From the IMG/VR virus record IMGVR_UViG_3300017917_003366: DNA of 64,000 bases. One strand, written 5' to 3'. Position 1 is the first letter of the stretch; each line of letters opens with the position of its first letter. Made by a program: the position numbers and the translations under genes. Source of the stretch: a virus (taxonomy: Duplodnaviria; Heunggongvirae; Uroviricota; Caudoviricetes). The notes below the pieces were generated by a model. The model made no database searches. It saw only the letters and a program-made list of their open reading frames with translations, and had not been told where the DNA came from. Below, in pieces: positions 56,891-64,000 of the stretch.

Positions 56891-58540
56891 TTAAGTATTT
56901 TTAGAATTATTACAAAATGGACATGGTTCACCGCCAGAAAAAACTGGATTAGGGTTTTCGGGGTCATATGGTTCAGAAATACAACAAACCACCTCATTAC
57001 AATAAGGTGCACCTAAACCCAAACCATAACACTCCTCCGCATTAAATCCTGTATATAAATCGGGAAAATCACAAGGTATATCACATCTCCAATACATCAT
57101 GTATCCAGGATACCAACATCTACATACCGGTGCATTGTGTTGGATAATAAAATAATTTGGTGATTGTGTAGACTCGTCCATGGTTAAATATAAATCGATG
57201 TCCTCTACGTCAATCGAATATACATTTTCTCTTGAATACGTGTAGTGTTCAGAAACAACCGCAGATGTTTCAAAAAGATTTGTATTCTTATTTACTATTA
57301 CAAATTCGTCACCTAATTCTACTTTGGAGAATGGAACAAATATTAATATTTCATTTCGTTTTATTAAAACTAATGAGGTATCAACATCAGAAAATTTTAA
57401 ACCATTTTCTAATGTGAGGTATCTAATCCATACGGATGCGTTGATTGTTACAATTGATTGTATGGTTGTTGACGAAATTGTACTAGCGGAAAAAACTTCT
57501 TCTGTATTTCCTGAATATTGTAATGGCTCAAACTCACTTTCATTGTCAGGTAGACCAAACAATTTAATTGTTTTTAAAGAATCATTCAATGATAACTGTG
57601 ATGGCGAAACTAATGTCCCATCATTTTTGAGGATTAAATTAGTACTATCGGAATTGTATTCAATACCATCGTATCTTTTACCATATTTCTGCAAATATTT
57701 CGGTCTTTCCCATACTTGTATTTCGGTATTGATAGTATCAACAGTATTATCAATACTACATGAATTGGTGTGGATAAACGGGTCAATTAAATTAATAACA
57801 TTTAATTCACTACCATAAACTAAACCAATACTTCTATATGTTTTTAATTTACCATTTTCCAAATCATTAGTGTTTATCACATATTCTTGTAATAATGTAT
57901 TTGGGGGTAAATTAGTTTTTAAATCACTTAACTGCTCCTGAGTTTCTATCTTATAAACTTTTGGGTATTCAGAGTAATCTGTGGTTGGATATCGTTGTTT
58001 AACAATATAATTTGGGTAATTACCGTTATCTTTCAAACTGTCCCCAATCATATCAAATCCAAATGTTGAATGATTTATGTACGTTTTAACAATTGAATTT
58101 GGGGAAGAATCATATAAAAGTTTTAGAAATTCAAAATTATCTTTAGCATATGTTTCATCAATCAATGCCGTGGAGTCATATGATTGTCTTATAATTAATT
58201 TATTTGGGGAATCTACTGTTGATGGTGTTACTTGGTTCTTACTGTCCACTACTTGTTTTGTAATTGTTAAACCACTGTAGTATTTGTCGAACATTGCCCC
58301 AATACCCTTTATTGTATCATTGGGGTAGTCACTATTAATTGCATAAACCGGTCCCGCATTTAATAATATTAACTCTATTTCGGTGATATTATTTTCAGAT
58401 ATTAGATTATCTAATTCAGTTTTATTAAAATATGGTTCAATTGATATGGGGGCTGCGACGATTCCTGTGTTTATTTCTAAAACTTTAAAGGAATTATCGA
58501 CATCCTTAACAAAATCAATTGCTATTAAAACACTTCTCAT
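56891..58540 (-). CDS. Hypothetical protein (549 aa) with a Cys-rich C-terminal module
   Basis: C-terminal ...CRCWYPGYMMYWRCDIPCDFPDLYTGFNAEECYGLGLGAPYCNEVVCCISEPYDPENPNPVFSGGEPCPFCNN (12 Cys in about 75 aa). N-terminal VLIAIDFVKDVDNSFKVLEINTG resembles the C-terminal subdomain motif of ATP-grasp enzymes. ATGA-coupled to the upstream Cys-rich gene. Confidence 0.5.
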   Translation of the reverse strand: MRSVLIAIDFVKDVDNSFKVLEINTGIVAAPISIEPYFNKTELDNLISENNITEIELILLNAGPVYAINSDYPNDTIKGIGAMFDKYYSGLTITKQVVDSKNQVTPSTVDSPNKLIIRQSYDSTALIDETYAKDNFEFLKLLYDSSPNSIVKTYINHSTFGFDMIGDSLKDNGNYPNYIVKQRYPTTDYSEYPKVYKIETQEQLSDLKTNLPPNTLLQEYVINTNDLENGKLKTYRSIGLVYGSELNVINLIDPFIHTNSCSIDNTVDTINTEIQVWERPKYLQKYGKRYDGIEYNSDSTNLILKNDGTLVSPSQLSLNDSLKTIKLFGLPDNESEFEPLQYSGNTEEVFSASTISSTTIQSIVTINASVWIRYLTLENGLKFSDVDTSLVLIKRNEILIFVPFSKVELGDEFVIVNKNTNLFETSAVVSEHYTYSRENVYSIDVEDIDLYLTMDESTQSPNYFIIQHNAPVCRCWYPGYMMYWRCDIPCDFPDLYTGFNAEECYGLGLGAPYCNEVVCCISEPYDPENPNPVFSGGEPCPFCNNSKNT

Positions 58541-58809
58541 ATTAAAGTTTTTTCACTCTTAGGTAAATATAAGTCCCCATCAACTTCGGACCATTTTTTT
58601 AAAGGACACGGATTATTTGATTTGGTATAAACTTTTTTACCTATAGGACAACCACACTCCCCACAAAAAGCCGACCATTTTTGATTAAAAATCTTTTTCA
58701 TTGAGGGACAAGTTTCACAAATAGAGGTTCGTTTGTCCGCCAATTCTTTTTCTTGTGGTGTTGGGTTAAATGATGATGCCCAAGCAGTTACAATTTCTTT
58801 TACATCCAT
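58537..58809 (-). CDS. Small Cys-rich protein (90 aa)
   Basis: CETCP...FCGECGCPIGKK...NPCP (7 Cys; a zinc-binding-like spacing). Confidence 0.45.
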   Translation of the reverse strand: MDVKEIVTAWASSFNPTPQEKELADKRTSICETCPSMKKIFNQKWSAFCGECGCPIGKKVYTKSNNPCPLKKWSEVDGDLYLPKSEKTLI

Positions 58810-58971
58810 ATCTTATTAGATAAATAGTTACTTATCAAAGTATACGGAAAAAACATTAATGATTGTAGATAAACGGGTCCCTTTTTTTGAGCTCCTCAAG
58901 TTTCTTTTTGAATCTCTTCTTCCTCTGTCTTTCTTCCCAAAGACTCTTAACCCAACCTATAATTTTCTTAA

Positions 58972-60642
58972 TCATACCTTTCTTATTAAATAGTTCCCCA
59001 TGACAAGTATATCCATTTCCGTATCTAAAAATGTGTCCATAGCATCTTGTGGGGTCAATACCATAGTTTTATCCTTGACATTGAAGGATGTGTTTAAAAG
59101 GATTGGGTATCCACTATAATTCTCATACTCCTTCAATAACCTATAGATTGGATTGAAGGGGGTTACAGATTGGATTCTTGCCGTTCCATCAACGTGGGTG
59201 ATTGATGGTAGTTTATCTCTGTATTTTTCTTTAACCTTAACAACCTGATTCATATATGGTACAAATCCACTGTATTCAAAATACTTCTTTTGGTCCTCAA
59301 AGGTTACCATCGGAGCAAAGGGTCTGAATCCTTCTCTCTTCTTAATTACCTTATTGATTTTGTCCTTCATATTGGGTAATGTTGGGTTGGCAAGTATTGA
59401 CCGATTACCCAAAGCCCTTGCTCCGAACTCTATATTACCTTGAAACCACCCAACGACCTTACCTGACATGATTTCTTCTGAAACTCTTCTGTTTAAATTG
59501 GTGGTAAGTTGATATTTCCTGAAGTTGATTCCGGTTGTTTTATTTAAAACTTTAAGAATGTCGACTTCAGTATAATCGGGACCAAGAAATGCATCCGTGT
59601 GAATTCTAATTGGTCGTTTTTTTGTGTGAAAGTAATTTAAACACGTACCGATACAAGAACCCGCATCTGATGGCGCTGGTGGAATCCATAATCTTTTGAA
59701 ATCGGTATTATCTAAAATCTTACCATTAGCAGTACCGTTATAAGCACAACCACCACCCAACGCAAGATTGGTTGAATCGGTAAACAATTGAATATCTCTT
59801 AATACCTCAAACAGTATTGATTCGTATTTCTCTTGAACCGTTGCAGCAATGTCCATATGGTCCTGAGTTATTGGTTCTTCGGGTAATCTGTTTTCAATTC
59901 CCATTAATTCAATCAATTCCTCATTAAACATCAAGCAATCCCTATCCCATGAGAAATAAACCATGTTGGTTTTAAGTGATGCACAATTATGTGCAATCAG
60001 TTGGTTAATCTTATCACGATATTTTTCAGGGTTACCGTAAGGTGCCAATCCCATTAATTTGTATTCACCTTCGTTTGGTTTAAAACCAATAAACGATGTC
60101 ATTGCCGAATAGAATAAACCTACCGAGTGTGGGTAAACACATAATGGAACAATTTTAAATTCACCCTTATTAATGTACCCAACTGACATTGTTTCCCATT
60201 CACCAACACCATCTACTGATAAAATAACCGCATCATTAAATGGGGAAGAATAATATGAATAGAATATGTGCGAATCGTGATGATTCGAAAAGAAAACGTT
60301 ATCTGATATTTTTTTTAATTCTCTCCTTAATTTCCAATGATTAATTTTTGTTTTGATGAAGTTTTTTGACACTTCAACAGGACACTCTAAGAAATTTTTA
60401 AAGAATGTATTATTAACTCTATCGGATTTTAATTGTGGATTTTCATAGAAACAAACCGATTCAATTTCGTTTCTTTTGATATGATACTTGTCAAAAATGT
60501 ATTTTAATGCATTGACCGGAAATCTATTATCATGTTTTATACCTGTGAATTTTTCTTCTTCGCAAGCAAAAACCAATTGACCCTTCTTGAAGAGACAAAC
60601 TGATGAGTCATGATAATATGCTGATATTCCAATTACGTACAT
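58972..60642 (-). CDS. Carbamoyltransferase, NodU/CmcH (TobZ-like) family
   Basis: N-terminal MYVIGISAYYHDSSVCLFKKGQLVFACEEEKFTGIKHDNRFP matches the family signature (ILGIS..YHDSAAAL...AAQEERFSR.KHD). The length (556 aa) is typical. Confidence 0.8.
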   Translation of the reverse strand: MYVIGISAYYHDSSVCLFKKGQLVFACEEEKFTGIKHDNRFPVNALKYIFDKYHIKRNEIESVCFYENPQLKSDRVNNTFFKNFLECPVEVSKNFIKTKINHWKLRRELKKISDNVFFSNHHDSHIFYSYYSSPFNDAVILSVDGVGEWETMSVGYINKGEFKIVPLCVYPHSVGLFYSAMTSFIGFKPNEGEYKLMGLAPYGNPEKYRDKINQLIAHNCASLKTNMVYFSWDRDCLMFNEELIELMGIENRLPEEPITQDHMDIAATVQEKYESILFEVLRDIQLFTDSTNLALGGGCAYNGTANGKILDNTDFKRLWIPPAPSDAGSCIGTCLNYFHTKKRPIRIHTDAFLGPDYTEVDILKVLNKTTGINFRKYQLTTNLNRRVSEEIMSGKVVGWFQGNIEFGARALGNRSILANPTLPNMKDKINKVIKKREGFRPFAPMVTFEDQKKYFEYSGFVPYMNQVVKVKEKYRDKLPSITHVDGTARIQSVTPFNPIYRLLKEYENYSGYPILLNTSFNVKDKTMVLTPQDAMDTFLDTEMDILVMGNYLIRKV

Positions 60643-61778
60643 TATTTCTTTGAACCATAGTAGATTGTGTCTTTATTAATTCTTTCTCTCCAAGGGTCCA
60701 AAACCACACTTCCACTCGGGAAGATAGTATCATTAAAAACATTTCTATGTCCTAATAAATAAATAGCAGGACCATTTATTTCATCGTACCTAACCTCATT
60801 AATGAAACTACCTATAAGAATGGAATAAGAACCATCAATATATTCGACACCGGGTTTATAGCTCTTACCCATAATAACCACAGATAAACCATGTTCAATA
60901 GATAAATCAATTAATCGATTGGCAATGTTTCTTGCTTGTTTTTCCCTTGATGTCATAATCGCATCAAATAAATCATAACCCAAGCCCAATCTTTGTGCCA
61001 TATATCTCAATGCAATATTATCACGTGGGTGACAAGAACCTCCGTCTCCCATCCCCGCTTTCATATAAGCCGGTCCCATGATTCTATATGTACTTCTTTC
61101 AAGTGCACCGGTCACCACATCAGTATTCATATTTCCATTTAATTCAGCCACATCTTGAATCATATTGACAATTGAAATCTTTGCCGATATAAATGTGTTG
61201 TAGAATATTTTAATCGCCTCAGCATCATCCCATGTACCGATTTCATATCTTGTTTGTGGTGATATAATTGTTTGATAGAAATCCTTTAAGATTTTAGCGT
61301 CAGTTGTTTCTGAACCATCTTCTGTACCAATAATCACCATCTCAGGATTAACCATATCGTTTTTAACGGTACCCATCGCAATTAGATATGGATTATAGAT
61401 GAACCTATAGTTTTCAACCAACGGAATAAACTCCCTACGAGTAGTACCAGGTAAAACTGTGGATATTAAAACAACTAGCTGTTGCTTGTTAGTATATTGA
61501 TTGATTTCTGAAAGTATGTTTTTAACTATACTGTAATCAAAATCCTTTGGTGGTAGATGTGATGTTGGTTGTTTACCGTCATATAATGGGTCGTGGGGAG
61601 TAGGTACAGCAATAAAGATTAAATCTTTATCCTTACACACTTCCTCAATTGTACTCACCATATTAAAATTACCTGGCGTAACATTATTCACATCATAACC
61701 TTCAACAAAATGTTTTTCTGCCATGACCTCGGAAACCTCTTTACCAAGTTTTCCAACACCAATAAATCCTATTTTCAT
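60642..61778 (-). CDS. Nucleotide-sugar dehydrogenase (UDP-glucose/GDP-mannose dehydrogenase family)
   Basis: N-terminal Rossmann MKIGFIGVGKLG and catalytic-Cys motif GMGDGGSCHPRDNIAL (family GxGGxCxPKD). Confidence 0.7.
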   Translation of the reverse strand: MKIGFIGVGKLGKEVSEVMAEKHFVEGYDVNNVTPGNFNMVSTIEEVCKDKDLIFIAVPTPHDPLYDGKQPTSHLPPKDFDYSIVKNILSEINQYTNKQQLVVLISTVLPGTTRREFIPLVENYRFIYNPYLIAMGTVKNDMVNPEMVIIGTEDGSETTDAKILKDFYQTIISPQTRYEIGTWDDAEAIKIFYNTFISAKISIVNMIQDVAELNGNMNTDVVTGALERSTYRIMGPAYMKAGMGDGGSCHPRDNIALRYMAQRLGLGYDLFDAIMTSREKQARNIANRLIDLSIEHGLSVVIMGKSYKPGVEYIDGSYSILIGSFINEVRYDEINGPAIYLLGHRNVFNDTIFPSGSVVLDPWRERINKDTIYYGSKK

Positions 61779-62563
61779 AAATAAATCTTCTTTGTTAATT
61801 TTCTATTTACCAAATCATTATGTTCATTTTTAAAAAAAATTTCACACTCATTCATTGTTTTTATTTTGTCAATATTTGATTCTATTTTTAATACATCATT
61901 TTCGGTGATTTTTAAATCAATATCCATGTGTTTCAATAACACATCTCTAATCCATTTATAATGACTAATCGGTCTTGGGTGATAGTCATCTGCTCCTTTA
62001 TCCCATTTTTTGGTTGTCACCCAAAAATTACCTCTATATAGATACGAATGAAAATCTTGTAAATGTAAATTCACATTTGATTGAGTTATTTTAACTAAAG
62101 AATTTAACTCATTTGATAATTTGAAATTTTCAAAGTAATTACCGTAATTTTCATATAAATTATTTACAGAACCAAATAGGTATTTAACATTTTTCTTATC
62201 TAAAAAATCTTTAATTAGAGTAATTGAATACATTGATTTAAAAATTAAACCATCAATTGTATATAACTCATTTTCATATTTTGATAGTGATGAGCTAGTT
62301 ACTTGCCCAAATTCTCCCCACTCTGAATTATTTGAAATAATTAAATCCCATCGAATTGGTGTGGTAAACAAAATAATAATAGTATCATTCTGATTAAGTT
62401 TATATTTTCTATCCGTTTCTAACAATCGATATAATATCGATTCATTTCCCGAACCCCTAATACCAACATTATGTCCTTCGTTTCCATATAGAATCATGTC
62501 TGCCCATGTCGGCCAAACATATTCCGTAAAACTACAACCGAATGTGAATATTCTATCTGCCAT
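61775..62563 (-). CDS. SGNH/GDSL-like hydrolase candidate (paralog 1)
   Basis: N-terminal IFTFGCSFTEY (GDS-like block I) and GIRGSGNES. Confidence 0.4.
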   Translation of the reverse strand: MADRIFTFGCSFTEYVWPTWADMILYGNEGHNVGIRGSGNESILYRLLETDRKYKLNQNDTIIILFTTPIRWDLIISNNSEWGEFGQVTSSSLSKYENELYTIDGLIFKSMYSITLIKDFLDKKNVKYLFGSVNNLYENYGNYFENFKLSNELNSLVKITQSNVNLHLQDFHSYLYRGNFWVTTKKWDKGADDYHPRPISHYKWIRDVLLKHMDIDLKITENDVLKIESNIDKIKTMNECEIFFKNEHNDLVNRKLTKKIYL

Positions 62564-63233
62564 TAATTTTATTTTTTATCAATTCTTTTAATTTATTGTG
62601 ACCCGAAAAACTAGGGTGACTATCCATAAAATATTTTATCGGGTCCTCATCATATACCGTCAATTTATTTGACATGAAATACTCATTTAATGATGTATTT
62701 TTGGGGTTATTAATTGTTGGTAGTTTTATGATGTTTTCATCCTTCTTACTAAATTCATCAAACAAATAAAGAGTATGTATTTTAATGTTTTTATTTTTAA
62801 TTAAAAAATGCATTAAATTAATTGTATCATTATATGTAAAACGGTATCTTTTTGATTGCCATGTTAAAATATAATCAAGTAAAATTTCTATTTCACGGTC
62901 TGTCTTGGTTGAAAAGGGTCCGTCATTTCTTTTAGTGTCAATCCCGAGTTCCGGTAAACCGGTACTTGAGAAGTAGCTGTCATCTGTATCGTCATCAAAG
63001 AACCCAATTCTATTAAATCCTGTGAATTGGTATAATACAATGTCCCCGTCTTTAAGATTATTTAAGTTCTGATTAAACCTATAGAACAATATGTCATTTG
63101 ATGCACCAGCAGATGATAAATTTTTAATGTTATAATTTAACTCTTTAGCTAATAAGTTACCGTATGTACTTTCTTGTGGTACGCCGGAGTGTCCTGATGA
63201 AAAAGAACAACCAAAAACCCAAATAGTATTCAT
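62553..63233 (-). CDS. SGNH/GDSL-like hydrolase candidate (paralog 2)
   Basis: N-terminal IWVFGCSFSSGHSG and SSAGASNDIL (GxND block III-like). Paralogous to the upstream gene. Confidence 0.4.
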   Translation of the reverse strand: MNTIWVFGCSFSSGHSGVPQESTYGNLLAKELNYNIKNLSSAGASNDILFYRFNQNLNNLKDGDIVLYQFTGFNRIGFFDDDTDDSYFSSTGLPELGIDTKRNDGPFSTKTDREIEILLDYILTWQSKRYRFTYNDTINLMHFLIKNKNIKIHTLYLFDEFSKKDENIIKLPTINNPKNTSLNEYFMSNKLTVYDEDPIKYFMDSHPSFSGHNKLKELIKNKINGR

Positions 63234-64000
63234 ATAATTTTATTAAATGTTTTAAACTCAAATAACTTATTTAAAAAATTATTTAAATCAGTTAATTCAA
63301 AGAATTTATTATAATTATGCACCAAAACATCTGTCATTTCTTCCCTAATCTTATATAACTCCGATACATTCATTTTTGATATGTCTTCACATAGTTTAAT
63401 AACCATATCCAATCTTCTTTCAAAATTAACTTCAGTATCATAGCTTTCGTCTATCCATTTATCAAATGTTTTAAATCCAATTGTTTTTAGGTATTTTAAT
63501 GCGTTTGGATTCCCATAAATTATGAATGGTTGTTTGGCGATAATAGGTTTGTAAGTCTTTTCAGAAAAGAACAAATTATCAGAGTTGACATTTGTTTCCG
63601 AAACTAAAGAGATAAATGTTTTATGATGCATAAAATAATCAAAATCGTCTGCCTGATTTAACTCTAAATTTTTGTCATCGACGTTGATTTCAAATTCCAT
63701 TGTTTGAAAAAATTCATTTATTTTTTTCGCCCTATCAATATTTTTTATCTTTTCAGAAAAGTTATGTATGGTATAATGAAACTTATTTGTTGTTCCACCA
63801 TAAGATAATATAATGTTATTTAGTATTGTTGGGTTATTTAAAATTTCATAAACCAGTATTTTTCTATGGACATGGGGTCTTCGATTATAACAAAGGATTT
63901 TCTTTTCGATTGTTGCATCGTTTTTTGGAATCACCGGTGGTTTATCCTTGTTAATAAACCATGGGTAATCTAAAAAATAATTGTACGATAGATATGAAAA
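63230..64000 (-). CDS. Hypothetical protein, 5'-partial (the ORF continues past the right edge of the window)
   Basis: The reading frame stays open from 63934 to 64000 (...FSYLSYNYFLDYPWFINKDKPPV-IPKNDAT...). The track's GTG start at 63934 is therefore unlikely. Confidence 0.45.
   Translation of the reverse strand, partial: FSYLSYNYFLDYPWFINKDKPPVIPKNDATIEKKILCYNRRPHVHRKILVYEILNNPTILNNIILSYGGTTNKFHYTIHNFSEKIKNIDRAKKINEFFQTMEFEINVDDKNLELNQADDFDYFMHHKTFISLVSETNVNSDNLFFSEKTYKPIIAKQPFIIYGNPNALKYLKTIGFKTFDKWIDESYDTEVNFERRLDMVIKLCEDISKMNVSELYKIREEMTDVLVHNYNKFFELTDLNNFLNKLFEFKTFNKII

Noticed and set aside
56743-57016. ORFs 56743-57012 (-) and 56780-57016 (+) in the convergent junction
   Set aside because: Both overlap the 3' end of the 549-aa gene in other frames and are Ile/Phe/Asn-rich low-complexity translations.
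1-64000. tRNA genes, integrase/recombinase, capsid/portal/terminase genes
   Set aside because: No intergenic segment showed a convincing cloverleaf with a GTTCRANYC T-loop. The only GGTTCGAAT match (about 11335) lies inside a phosphatase gene. No tyrosine or serine recombinase or DDE motif was recognised. Lysogeny or mobile-element status therefore cannot be asserted from this window.

Overview
This 64 kb window reads as part of a large, AT-rich tailed-phage genome, or a prophage region, with densely packed and often 1-4 nt overlapping genes. I infer a Bacteroidetes (Flavobacteria-like) host from promoter-like TTTG-N19-20-TAnnTTTG motifs upstream of several genes, outer-membrane beta-barrel proteins ending in a C-terminal Phe, and a lipobox lipoprotein.

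Genes are on the minus strand almost everywhere, with two exceptions: a 10-gene plus-strand island (27.7-35.7 kb) flanked by strong hairpin terminators, and one isolated plus-strand gene (56284-56736).

Functions recognisable from sequence motifs:
- **Nucleic-acid processing:** a CCA-adding/poly(A)-polymerase-type nucleotidyltransferase head domain, a DnaQ-like 3'-5' exonuclease, an NT5C-type deoxyribonucleotidase, a calcineurin-like metallophosphatase, two tandem HAD 'Swiss-army-knife' RNA-repair-type phosphatases, a DNA methyltransferase and a stand-alone DnaA domain-IV DNA-binding protein.
- **Nucleotide metabolism:** a 405-aa thymidylate-synthase-family enzyme with two internal insertions, next to a small HAD phosphatase.
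- **Cell-wall and envelope:** two cell-wall hydrolases (one glucosaminidase, one multi-domain with PG-binding, M15 and glucosaminidase-like parts), an SPFH/band-7 protein, an acyl-CoA thioesterase, a lipoprotein and a small outer-membrane barrel.
- **Glycan island (plus strand):** an RHH regulator, GT4 and GT2 glycosyltransferases and UDP-galactopyranose mutase (Glf).
- **Envelope operon (36.2-41.1 kb):** a flavin-dependent Trp-halogenase-family enzyme, an Asp/Asn beta-hydroxylase-family cupin, a polytopic membrane protein, a beta-barrel OMP and small membrane/Cys peptides. This is my best candidate for the undescribed system.
- **Adsorption apparatus:** a giant 3373-aa repetitive tail-fibre protein with a C-terminal S74 intramolecular-chaperone domain, followed by three paralogous Gly/aromatic-rich putative receptor-binding proteins.
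- **Second sugar-tailoring cluster (58.9-64 kb, runs off the window):** a NodU/CmcH carbamoyltransferase, a UDP-sugar dehydrogenase and SGNH-like paralogs, next to two Cys-rich proteins.

No CRISPR array, integrase, capsid or terminase gene, or convincing tRNA was found. The supplied ORF track uses alternative start codons, and I adjusted several starts to in-frame ATGs. All functional calls rest on motif recognition by eye and need profile searches to confirm.
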